64,000 nucleotides of DNA, from positions 250,588 to 314,587 of the forward strand of contig JBOEGF010000013.1 of assembly GCA_050633305.1 (NCBI GenBank), given 5' to 3'. Positions 23,081 through 31,629 of the stretch are shown piece by piece. The notes beneath the pieces are model-generated. The model was not told where the DNA came from. It saw only the letters and a program-made list of their open reading frames with translations, and did not search any database. A program made the translations under genes and the position numbers. The DNA is from Nannocystales bacterium. GTDB lineage: Bacteria; Myxococcota_A; Polyangia; Nannocystales; Nannocystaceae. How positions within the stretch are numbered: position 1 is the first letter of the stretch; each line of letters starts with the position of its first letter.

Positions 23081-24526
23081 ATGCCTACGCGGGTGTCCGA
23101 CGTCGCTCCTTCGGAAACACCTTCCATCTTTCGCCGTGTCGTCGGCTTCGCAACGCCGGTCGCCTTCGGCGTCGTGGCGTTTGTGATGATGCAGCGAGCA
23201 CGAGAGGAGCCGCCACGGCGCCCGCCTTCGGAGCAGGGCAAGGCCGTCCGAACCGCCGGGGTGATCGAGGCTGAGGCCATCCCTCGCGCGGTTGGCTATG
23301 GCGTGGTCCGCTCCTCCCGAGAATGGAGCCTTGTGGCCGAGGTGTCCGGTCGTGTTGTCGAGCTCAATGACAAGCTCGAGGACGGCCGCATCATTCGCGA
23401 AGGGGAGCGACTCATCAAGATCGATCCGGCAGGCTTCGAGCTGAGCGCTTCGCAGCAAAAGGCCACGGTCAGCAATGTAAAGGCACAACTCAGCGAACTC
23501 GCCGTTCGGGAGAAGAACACCAAGGCCAGTCTCGCGATCGCCAAGCGGTCTCTCGAGCTGTCGGAGAAGGAGCTCGCGAGGGTCAAGAAGCTCGAGAGCA
23601 GCGGCACAGCTTCGTCTTCGGAAGTCGATTCGGCCGAAGTCTCGGTGCTCACGCAACGTCAGTCGGTCCAGTCGTACAAGTCGACGCTCGCTCAGATCCC
23701 GGCCCAGCGCCGCGCCTACAAAGCCCAGATCTCGCAGTACGAAGCCGGGGTGAAGACAGCCGAGCTCGACGTCGCACGGACCGAGATCTTCGCGCCATTC
23801 GATGTCCGCATCCGCTCCGCGGACGTCGAGCTCAGCGAGCTGGTCACCGTGGGCGCCAAACTTGCCGAAGGAGACGGCATCGCGCTTGCCGAGGTCCCTG
23901 CCCAGTTCTCGATCGGCTCACTGATGCCCCTCATCGCGCCGCCCAAGGATGTGGACGAGCCTCCCGCAGCAGCCGAGGACACACCCGAGACACCTTCGGA
24001 TGAGGCGCTCTCTGCCCGTGCCCTCGCCCGTCGGTCGGCGCAGGCCGGACTCAAGGCCACCGTCACGTTGGAGAGCGGGGCCGTGGTGACGAGCTGGGAG
24101 GCGGCGTTCGACCGCTTTGCCAATGTCGAGAGCGCCACCCGAACCGTCTCGGTCGTGGTCGCTGTCGATGACCCCTTCGGCAAGGCGTCCCGCGGCCGAC
24201 GGCCACCGCTGGTCTCGGGAATGTACGTGGAGGTCGAACTCGAGGGCTTACCCCGCCCCGGCTGTCTCGCGGTGCCCCGCGGCGCGCTGCGGTCAGACAC
24301 GCTGCACGTTGTCGATGCCCAACAACGGCTCGCCATTCGCCCCGTCGAGGTCGCCTTCGTCCAGGAGACCTACGCCTGTATCGACAGCGGCGTCAAAGCC
24401 GGTGACCAAGTCGTGCTCACGGATGTGGTCCCCGCAATCGAAGGAACCCTCCTCGAGCCGCGGGTGGATGAGCGCGCTGTGGCCCAACTGGCCGAGGCCG
24501 TCGACGGAGAGGCCCAAGCCCAATGA
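23081..24526 (+). CDS. RND efflux periplasmic adaptor (MFP)
   Basis: N-terminal TM, AEVSGRVV, coiled hairpin, TEIFAPFD, GMYVEVEL, VPRGAL. Confidence 0.93.
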   Translation: MPTRVSDVAPSETPSIFRRVVGFATPVAFGVVAFVMMQRAREEPPRRPPSEQGKAVRTAGVIEAEAIPRAVGYGVVRSSREWSLVAEVSGRVVELNDKLEDGRIIREGERLIKIDPAGFELSASQQKATVSNVKAQLSELAVREKNTKASLAIAKRSLELSEKELARVKKLESSGTASSSEVDSAEVSVLTQRQSVQSYKSTLAQIPAQRRAYKAQISQYEAGVKTAELDVARTEIFAPFDVRIRSADVELSELVTVGAKLAEGDGIALAEVPAQFSIGSLMPLIAPPKDVDEPPAAAEDTPETPSDEALSARALARRSAQAGLKATVTLESGAVVTSWEAAFDRFANVESATRTVSVVVAVDDPFGKASRGRRPPLVSGMYVEVELEGLPRPGCLAVPRGALRSDTLHVVDAQQRLAIRPVEVAFVQETYACIDSGVKAGDQVVLTDVVPAIEGTLLEPRVDERAVAQLAEAVDGEAQAQ

Positions 24527-27500
24527 TCGGCTACCTCGCTCGGCACCCGACCGCCGCCAACCTCCTGATGATCACCCTGCTCCTGCTCGGTGTTCTAGGG
24601 CTCACCTCACTCAAACGAGAGACCTTTCCCGAGTTCACCCCCTCGGTGGTCACCATCACCGTCGCCTACCCCGGCGCGTCCGCCGAGGATGTCGACGAGG
24701 CCATCGTGGCGCGGGTCGAAGACGCGGTCGACGGCATCGAGTACCTCGACCGAATGACCTCCAAGGCCCGCCAAGGTGTGGGCGTGGTGACGCTGGAGAT
24801 GGAAGACGGCGGAGCGCTGGACGCGTTCAAGTCCGACATCGACAGCGCTGTCGATGCGATCAACGACTTCCCCAACGAAGCCGAGGACCCCGTGGTCGCC
24901 GAGGTAACCGGCATGAGCGCGGTCGCCTCGATCGCGGTCCGTGGCCCGATGAGCGTCCCCGACCTCGAGCGCTACTGCGAAGAACTCAAGGACGAACTCC
25001 AACGCTACGAAGAGGTCTCGCAGATCGAGATCGCCGGGTTCTCCACGCCGCAGCTTCAGGTACGGGTCAAGCAATCGGTTGCTTCGTCCTACGGACTGAG
25101 CGTCGGCGATCTCGCTGACCTCATCGCCGCGCAGAGCCTTGACCTCCCGGTCGGCTCGCTCGAGACGCGGGGCGGAGAGATCCTGGTGCGGTTCGCGGAA
25201 CAGCGACGAAGCATCGAGGAGTTCGCCCGACTTCCGGTGGTGGGCAGCGCACTCGGAGGCGAGGTGCCCCTGGGAGACCTCGCAGACATCGAGTACACGT
25301 TCGAGGACGCCGAGGAGCAGACCCTGTTCAACGGCAAGCGTGCCGGCCTTCTGCGGGTGAGCAAGACGTCCAGCCAGGACGCACTCGAGATCTTCTCCGC
25401 GATGGAGGAGTTCGTGGAGCTCAAGTCCGCGACGGCCCCACCGGGCGTCGAGCTTGTCATCACCGACGATGCCGCGACCCCCATCGAGCAGCGACTCGAG
25501 CTGCTGACGAACAACGGCTTTCAGGGGTTGGTGCTCGTCTTCGTCACCCTGTGGCTGTTCTTCAACACCCGCCTGGCCCTGTGGGTGGCCGCCGGCCTGC
25601 CCGTGTCGTTCATGGGCGGCCTGTGGATCATGTCGCTGATCGGCTACACGCTGAACATGATGACCATGATGGCCCTGCTGCTCGCACTGGGGCTGTTGAT
25701 GGACGACGGCATCGTGTTGGCCGACAACATCGCGGCGCACCTGCGGCGCGGCAAGAGCTCCTATCGGGCCGCAATCGACGGCGTCACCGAGGTCTGGCCG
25801 GGCATCGTGTCGTCATTCCTGACGACGGTCTGCGTCTTCACGCCGCTGTCCATGCTCGATGGGCAGATCGGCCGGGTCCTTCTTGTGATTCCCGTCGTAC
25901 TCATCGCCGTCCTCAGCATCAGCCTGATCGAGGCCTTCGGCATCCTGCCCAACCACATCGCGCACTCGTTGCATGGCCGCGACATCGACAAACGCTCTCG
26001 CGCGCGAGCGTGGTTCGACAGTGGCTTCGAGCGCTTCCGGGAACAAATCGTGGGCCGTGCGTCGGACTGGGCGATCCACCACCGCTACATCACCGTCGGA
26101 TCTGCGATCGCGTTCTTCGTCATCTCGATCGGGCTCATGGCGGGCGGCATCCTCAAGTTCGAAGGGTTCCCCGATACCGATGGTGACACCGCCGAGTTCC
26201 GGCTCCGGATGCCCGCCGGAACCCCTCTGGAGGTCACCCAGGCTGAAGTGGCGCGGGTCGTCTCGGGGCTCCAGCAGATCGACGCCGAGTTGACGCCGCA
26301 GCAACCCGAGGCCGCACCGCTCATCGAGAACATCGTCGTTCGGATGAACTACAACCCCGACTCGCCGGACTCGGGGCCACACATCGCGACGGTCAAGGCG
26401 GATCTTCTCAGTGTCGAGGTCCGCAGCACCACCCTCGACCAGCTCAAGACCGCCTGGCGCGAAACCGTGGGGCCGCTGTCCGACGCCACGTCCGCCAGCT
26501 TTGCCAGCGCCGCGATGGGCCCGGGCGGAGCCGCGATCGAGTTGCGGGTTCAGGGCAGCGACCTCGACCGCATGTCGGAAGCCGCGGTGGAGATCGAACG
26601 CTGGCTCGGCGGGTTCGAAGGCGTGTTCGACCTCGGAACCGACCTTCAACCCGGGACCCCGCAGGTGCGGGTGCGCCTGCGCTCGGGTGCCTTGGGCAGC
26701 TCCGCGCAGTCCGTACAAGTCGCGCAGCAGCTCCGCTCCGCGTTCTCCGGCGACCGAGCCCAAGACGTCCGCATCGGCGCGCAGGACTACGAGGTCACGG
26801 TTCAGCTGGCAGATTCGGGTCGCGACACGCTCTCGGACCTCGAGTATTTCGAGCTCCAGCTGGGGGGCGAGCGCGTCCCCCTGGGCACCGTCGCCGACGT
26901 CTCCGCGGACAACACATTTGCCGCGATCGCCCGCGTCAACGGCACGCGCACCGTCACGCTGACCGGTGACATCGATGCAGAGGTCGCGAACTCGGCCGAA
27001 CTCATGCAGCGCTTCAACAACGAGCTGTTGCCTGAACTCGCACAGAAGTACCCCGGGCTCCGGTTCGAGGTCGGAGGCAGCACCGAGGAGTCTGGGAAGA
27101 CCGCCCAATCCATGCTCACCGCGTTCGGCATCGGGCTGTTTGGGGTCTTCTTTCTGTTGAGTTTCCAGTTCCGATCCTACGTCGAACCACTGGTCGTCAT
27201 GCTCGCCATCCCGCTCGCACTGACCGGCGTCATGTGGGGCAACCTGTTCATGGGAGACCCGCTCACCCTGCCGGGCATCCTCGGGTTCATCTCCCTGGCC
27301 GGCGTCGTGGTCAACGACTCCATCTTGCTGATGGTCTTCATCAAGGCCGGGCTTCGCGAGGGGCTCGATCCCACGGCCGCGGCACAAGGAGCCTCTCGGA
27401 GCCGCTTTCGGGCGATCCTGCTGACCTCGGCCACCACGGTCGCAGGACTGGTGCCCCTGATGTTCGAGCGAAGCCAGCAGGCGCAAACACTCATCCCGGT

Positions 27501-27645
27501 GGCCACCAGCATCGTGTTCGGGATGCTCGCTTCGACCGTGCTTCTGCTGCTCGTCTTGCCCGCGATGTACGCAATGCTGGGAGACTTCGGTCTCACCGCC
27601 AAGCCTGGCGCAACCGTAGGCGGCGCCGACGATGAGGAGTCTTGA
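24523..27645 (+). CDS. RND efflux permease (AcrB/AcrD/AcrF family)
   Basis: 1040 aa; AANLLM, YPGASAEDV, GLLMDDGIV, GVVVNDSI, SRFRAILLTS. Confidence 0.96.
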   Translation: MIGYLARHPTAANLLMITLLLLGVLGLTSLKRETFPEFTPSVVTITVAYPGASAEDVDEAIVARVEDAVDGIEYLDRMTSKARQGVGVVTLEMEDGGALDAFKSDIDSAVDAINDFPNEAEDPVVAEVTGMSAVASIAVRGPMSVPDLERYCEELKDELQRYEEVSQIEIAGFSTPQLQVRVKQSVASSYGLSVGDLADLIAAQSLDLPVGSLETRGGEILVRFAEQRRSIEEFARLPVVGSALGGEVPLGDLADIEYTFEDAEEQTLFNGKRAGLLRVSKTSSQDALEIFSAMEEFVELKSATAPPGVELVITDDAATPIEQRLELLTNNGFQGLVLVFVTLWLFFNTRLALWVAAGLPVSFMGGLWIMSLIGYTLNMMTMMALLLALGLLMDDGIVLADNIAAHLRRGKSSYRAAIDGVTEVWPGIVSSFLTTVCVFTPLSMLDGQIGRVLLVIPVVLIAVLSISLIEAFGILPNHIAHSLHGRDIDKRSRARAWFDSGFERFREQIVGRASDWAIHHRYITVGSAIAFFVISIGLMAGGILKFEGFPDTDGDTAEFRLRMPAGTPLEVTQAEVARVVSGLQQIDAELTPQQPEAAPLIENIVVRMNYNPDSPDSGPHIATVKADLLSVEVRSTTLDQLKTAWRETVGPLSDATSASFASAAMGPGGAAIELRVQGSDLDRMSEAAVEIERWLGGFEGVFDLGTDLQPGTPQVRVRLRSGALGSSAQSVQVAQQLRSAFSGDRAQDVRIGAQDYEVTVQLADSGRDTLSDLEYFELQLGGERVPLGTVADVSADNTFAAIARVNGTRTVTLTGDIDAEVANSAELMQRFNNELLPELAQKYPGLRFEVGGSTEESGKTAQSMLTAFGIGLFGVFFLLSFQFRSYVEPLVVMLAIPLALTGVMWGNLFMGDPLTLPGILGFISLAGVVVNDSILLMVFIKAGLREGLDPTAAAQGASRSRFRAILLTSATTVAGLVPLMFERSQQAQTLIPVATSIVFGMLASTVLLLLVLPAMYAMLGDFGLTAKPGATVGGADDEES

Positions 27646-28943
27646 TGAGAAGATGGGCGCGCCCCACGAGGCTCGGCCTAGCGCTGTTGCTCAGCCTCGG
27701 GGCGTGCGGGACCACTGAGGGCCGAGAGCCGCCCCCGAGCGCGGCAAAACCAGATCCCGCGCCCACTCTCGAAGGCACGTGGCGAGCCACCCTGACCTCT
27801 CCAGGCGGCGAGCTCCCATTCGAGCTCCACGTTCATGACCGGGAGGGAACGCTGCAGGCTACGGCGCACAACGGCACCGAGACCGTAGAGTTCACATCCG
27901 TGTCTCTGGGCGGCGACACGGCCGTCCTTCGCATCGACGGATACGATTCCGAAGTCCGTGCCACGCTCAAGGATGATGGGCAGAGCCTCTGGGGCGTGTG
28001 GACAAAGACCACGCCCGATGGTCCGTCTTCGATGCCATTCGCAGCCACCCGCGGGGCGCAACCTCGCTTCTCCAGCGAAACTCCCGCACCGAGCTACGAC
28101 GTCCCAAAATCGGTCGACGGCGAGTGGTCCGTCCGCTTCCGCGAAGAGGACGACAGCACCTTCGTAGGCCATGCGATCCTCACGTCGAGCGACGGAGCAC
28201 TACATGGGACCATCCTGACCGATACGGGTGACTACCGGTACCTCGAGGGACGCTACGCAAACGGTACCGTGGAGCTCTCGTGCTTTGACGGGGGGCATGC
28301 GTTCTTGTTTCGAGCGACGGTTGCCGAGGATGGATCGCTCGAAGGCAACTTCTGGTCCCGCGCGAGCTACCACGCGACGTGGACCGCAACACCGATGAGT
28401 CCGGGTCAGGCCAGCCCGCTCGCGGACCCCTTCACCGCGGTCACCCTGTCGTCTCGAGAGACCGAGGGCCGATTCCGCTTCGCGTTCCCGGACAGCTCAG
28501 GCGCCACCGTGACCGACGAGGACCCTCGTTTTCGCGACAAGGTGGTCCTCATCGACATCTTCGGAACCTGGTGCCCCAACTGCAACGATTACGCGCCGGT
28601 CCTCGCCCGCTGGCATGACACCTATGGCCCCCGTGGACTCGAGATCGTCGGCCTCGCCTTCGAGTTCACCGGGGACGTCAAGCGCGACCGAGCCCAGCTT
28701 GCGACCTACGCCCAAACCCACGGCATCACCTTCCCCCTACTGCTCGCCGGTACCAGCGACAAAGGAGACGCAGCCGAGCTGCTGCCCTCGATCGACGAAG
28801 TGAAATCGTATCCGACCACCATCCTGGTCGGACGGGACGGCCGCGTGCACAAGATCCACAGCGGCTTCGCCGGACCGGCGACAGGGAAACACCACGAGCG
28901 ACTCCTCAACACACTCCAGACGGAGATCGAGTCCCTGCTGTAG
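27642..28943 (+). CDS. TlpA-family thiol-disulfide oxidoreductase lipoprotein with N-terminal beta domains
   Basis: Lipobox LGAC; TDTGDYRYLEG; FGTWCPNC; YPTTILVGRDG; overlaps the RND stop. Confidence 0.9.
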   Translation: MMRRWARPTRLGLALLLSLGACGTTEGREPPPSAAKPDPAPTLEGTWRATLTSPGGELPFELHVHDREGTLQATAHNGTETVEFTSVSLGGDTAVLRIDGYDSEVRATLKDDGQSLWGVWTKTTPDGPSSMPFAATRGAQPRFSSETPAPSYDVPKSVDGEWSVRFREEDDSTFVGHAILTSSDGALHGTILTDTGDYRYLEGRYANGTVELSCFDGGHAFLFRATVAEDGSLEGNFWSRASYHATWTATPMSPGQASPLADPFTAVTLSSRETEGRFRFAFPDSSGATVTDEDPRFRDKVVLIDIFGTWCPNCNDYAPVLARWHDTYGPRGLEIVGLAFEFTGDVKRDRAQLATYAQTHGITFPLLLAGTSDKGDAAELLPSIDEVKSYPTTILVGRDGRVHKIHSGFAGPATGKHHERLLNTLQTEIESLL

Positions 28944-29209
28944 CCGGACACCGCGGCGCAAGGACAACGCCAGGGACCGAGACTCACCCCCCACTGCCAC
29001 GTTGGTAACCACGAGCAATAAGCGCGCAAAGAATCATCCGCGGAGCCCCAACACGGTTTCAGCCCCCAACTGCAACAGAACCAAGTTCTCCCCCGGTCTG
29101 GCGGCTGTCGCCCCGATTCTGCTGCGCTGAGTTTCGATGGCAGCCCGAACCTCGGGCAGCGCCTCAGTTGCCCCCGCGCCGCTCGGCCGGCTACGTTTCA
29201 CGACACCCG

Positions 29210-29629
29210 ATGTCATCAACGGTGAAACTCGCCGGCGTCGATGCCGAACGACTCGAGCTCCACTTGTGCACGCTCGAGCTCGCGGCCCCAACGCCCAACG
29301 TTCTTGCTTCTCGGGTCGTTGGAATGGGTTCGGTGGAGATGGTTGAGAACGTCATCGCGTTTGGGGACTCACTGATCGCGAAGTCTGGATCGATCCAGAT
29401 CTTTCACGACTTCTCAGAGGTGTCGGGCTACCGAGCCGAAGCGCGGCGGGTCCTTGTCGACTGGGGCGTGCGAAACCCCGACGCGATCGAGTGCACCCAC
29501 GTGCTGTTCCGCTCCAAGATCGTGGCGATGGGCGTGTCGATGGCAACACGGCTGTTGGGCGAACAACTGACGGGCTACTCCAAGTACCCGGAGTTCGACG
29601 CGGCGCGTGCCGCCGCCGCCCGTCGCTGA
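29210..29629 (+). CDS. Hypothetical STAS/SEC14-like small protein
   Basis: FHDFSEVSGYRAEARRVL...HVLFRSKIVAMGVSMA pattern. Start uncertain. Confidence 0.6.
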   Translation: MSSTVKLAGVDAERLELHLCTLELAAPTPNVLASRVVGMGSVEMVENVIAFGDSLIAKSGSIQIFHDFSEVSGYRAEARRVLVDWGVRNPDAIECTHVLFRSKIVAMGVSMATRLLGEQLTGYSKYPEFDAARAAAARR

Positions 29630-29707
29630 ACCGACCGTACGGAGGCCATCCGACCGCGCTCGGCCCCCCAAAATGACGGCCCGCGCCTCGTGTTAGCTTG
29701 CGCCGAC

Positions 29708-30763
29708 GTGCGCGAAGCTGCCGCAATCCTTCTGCTCGTGAGCGCCGCTTGCGGGTCTTCTCCGTCGCAGACGGCCGACTCGACCAGCACCGGGGACGAC
29801 CCGTCCACGGGCACGGCGCTGGACGTCACATCCTCGACGATGTCCCTGCCTCATTCGTCGACCTCGAACTCGACGAGTGAGGATGGCTCGAGTGGATCGT
29901 CCGGCATCGGGCAGCCCGATCTACCGGACCCTGATCCGGATCCTCCGCAGGCGTCCGAGTACTGCGAGTCCATCGTCGACAGCTTCTGCGACTTCTACGC
30001 TCGATGCGGGCGGATGGACGTGGCGTCGGCAGAGCTTTGCCACGAGCCCTTCTTGGAGTCGTGCAACACCGTCTTCGAACCGCAGTATGTGGGGCTCGAG
30101 GCTGCGGGCTTGCTGACGTTGAGCGCCGAAGGACTGCTGGCATGCGAAGAGCACCTGGCGGACGTCGCCTGCGAGGAACAGATCTTCGAGCTCACGGGGC
30201 CCTGCAGCAACCTGTGGTCTGGCACCCAAACCGCAGGCGAGGGCTGCGGGCTCGATGTCGAGTACTACGTCTGCGATCCCTCGGCAGCGTGCACGATCGG
30301 CTTGGACTTCTGCGGCACGTGCGAAACGTTGCTCGAGCCGGGCGACGATTGCACCCCCGACGGAACGACCTGTGGCCCCGATGCGTTCTGCGATGTAGAC
30401 GCGTGCCGGGCTCGCGTCCCCAACGGTGGTCGCTGCACCCCCGACGACCGCTGCTTGGCAGGGTCAGCCTGTACTGACGGAACTTGCCAAGGACCGACAT
30501 TCGTCGGCCTCGGTGACACCTGCGACATCACGCGGCGCTGCCCGTACCTCACCGCGTGTGTCGCTGGCGTGTGCACGTCGACGCCCCGGCTGGGAGACGC
30601 CTGCTCGCCGGACATCCCCTGTGAGGTCGGGTTCTGCGACGGCGATTCGTGCCAGGCTCCGCGCGACAACGGCGAAATGTGTGGTGGAAACCCAGAGTGC
30701 AGCTCGGGCATGTGTGTCGAAAACGTGTGCGAACCACGACCCTCGGGCTGCATTGCAAACTGA
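29708..30763 (+). CDS. Cys-rich (Dickkopf-like repeat) lipoprotein
   Basis: Lipobox SAAC, Ser/Thr linker, repeated GxxC-xxxx-C-xxG-C modules. Confidence 0.82.
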   Translation: MREAAAILLLVSAACGSSPSQTADSTSTGDDPSTGTALDVTSSTMSLPHSSTSNSTSEDGSSGSSGIGQPDLPDPDPDPPQASEYCESIVDSFCDFYARCGRMDVASAELCHEPFLESCNTVFEPQYVGLEAAGLLTLSAEGLLACEEHLADVACEEQIFELTGPCSNLWSGTQTAGEGCGLDVEYYVCDPSAACTIGLDFCGTCETLLEPGDDCTPDGTTCGPDAFCDVDACRARVPNGGRCTPDDRCLAGSACTDGTCQGPTFVGLGDTCDITRRCPYLTACVAGVCTSTPRLGDACSPDIPCEVGFCDGDSCQAPRDNGEMCGGNPECSSGMCVENVCEPRPSGCIAN

Positions 30764-30891
30764 GCCCACGCCCGGCACGTCTGTATGCTGCACGCGATGC
30801 GCAGGCGTAGGGTCGTCGGACCTCGATGAGAGCCCGCTGAAGGAGCTCCGCTAGAACCGTGGTCGAAGAAGCAAGAACCGCTGGCCAACCC

Positions 30892-31485
30892 ATGCGAGTC
30901 GCGATCGTCACCCTGGAAGCGTTCAACGAGCTGGACAGCTTCGTCGCCTCCGCGCTCCTGAATCGAGCGCCGGAGGTCCGGGCGTCGATCTGCTGCCCGA
31001 GCGACACGGTGACCTCGATGAACGGCGTGAGCATCACTGCCCAAGCACCGCTCGAGTCGGCGGCAGAGGCAGACGCAGTCCTGATCGGGAGCGGACGGAG
31101 GACCCTAGACTACCTGGAGGACCGCTCGTTCCTGGCGCGGTTGCGGCTCGACCCCACCCGCCAGCTGATCGGTGCGCAGTGCTCAGGCGTGCTGCTGCTT
31201 CACCGCCTCGGCCTCCTCGGAGACACCGCAGCTTCCGACTCCGTGACCACTCCCCGGCTTCAGGAGCGCGGAGTTCACGTCATCCAAGCCCCCCTCCACG
31301 TCGAGGGAAACGTCGCCACCGCGGGAGGATGCCTCGCCTCGCAATACCTCGCCAGCTGGATGCTCGCCCGTATGTGCGGGTGGCCCGAAGCCGCACGCGT
31401 GGTCCACGAGGTCGCTCCGGTCGGCCAAAAGGACGACTACGTCCGGCGCACGGCGGAGGTCGTTACCCCGGCCCTGAGGGCCTGA
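30892..31485 (+). CDS. DJ-1/PfpI family protein
   Basis: FNELD, nucleophile GAQCSG, GNVATAGG. Confidence 0.88.
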   Translation: MRVAIVTLEAFNELDSFVASALLNRAPEVRASICCPSDTVTSMNGVSITAQAPLESAAEADAVLIGSGRRTLDYLEDRSFLARLRLDPTRQLIGAQCSGVLLLHRLGLLGDTAASDSVTTPRLQERGVHVIQAPLHVEGNVATAGGCLASQYLASWMLARMCGWPEAARVVHEVAPVGQKDDYVRRTAEVVTPALRA

Positions 31486-31629
31486 GGGCGCACGAAGGGG
31501 GCCACAGCAGCAACTCTCCCACGTTCCAAGCCGCGACCACGTGGCTCTTCGTTGCCGCGGCGGTGGGACTGCTCATCGCGCTTGTCTTGTCGGCCCTCAG
31601 TTAGACACACAACACGCGATGCTCGAGCA

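Noticed and set aside
29034..29200. Minus-strand coding-like tail (RPGENLVLLQLGAETVLGLRG)
   Set aside because: No start or recognisable family; too weak to call.
31490..31604. Short hydrophobic reading TWLFVAAAVGLLIALVLSALS after the DJ-1 gene
   Set aside because: No credible start or RBS; at most a membrane-gene remnant.
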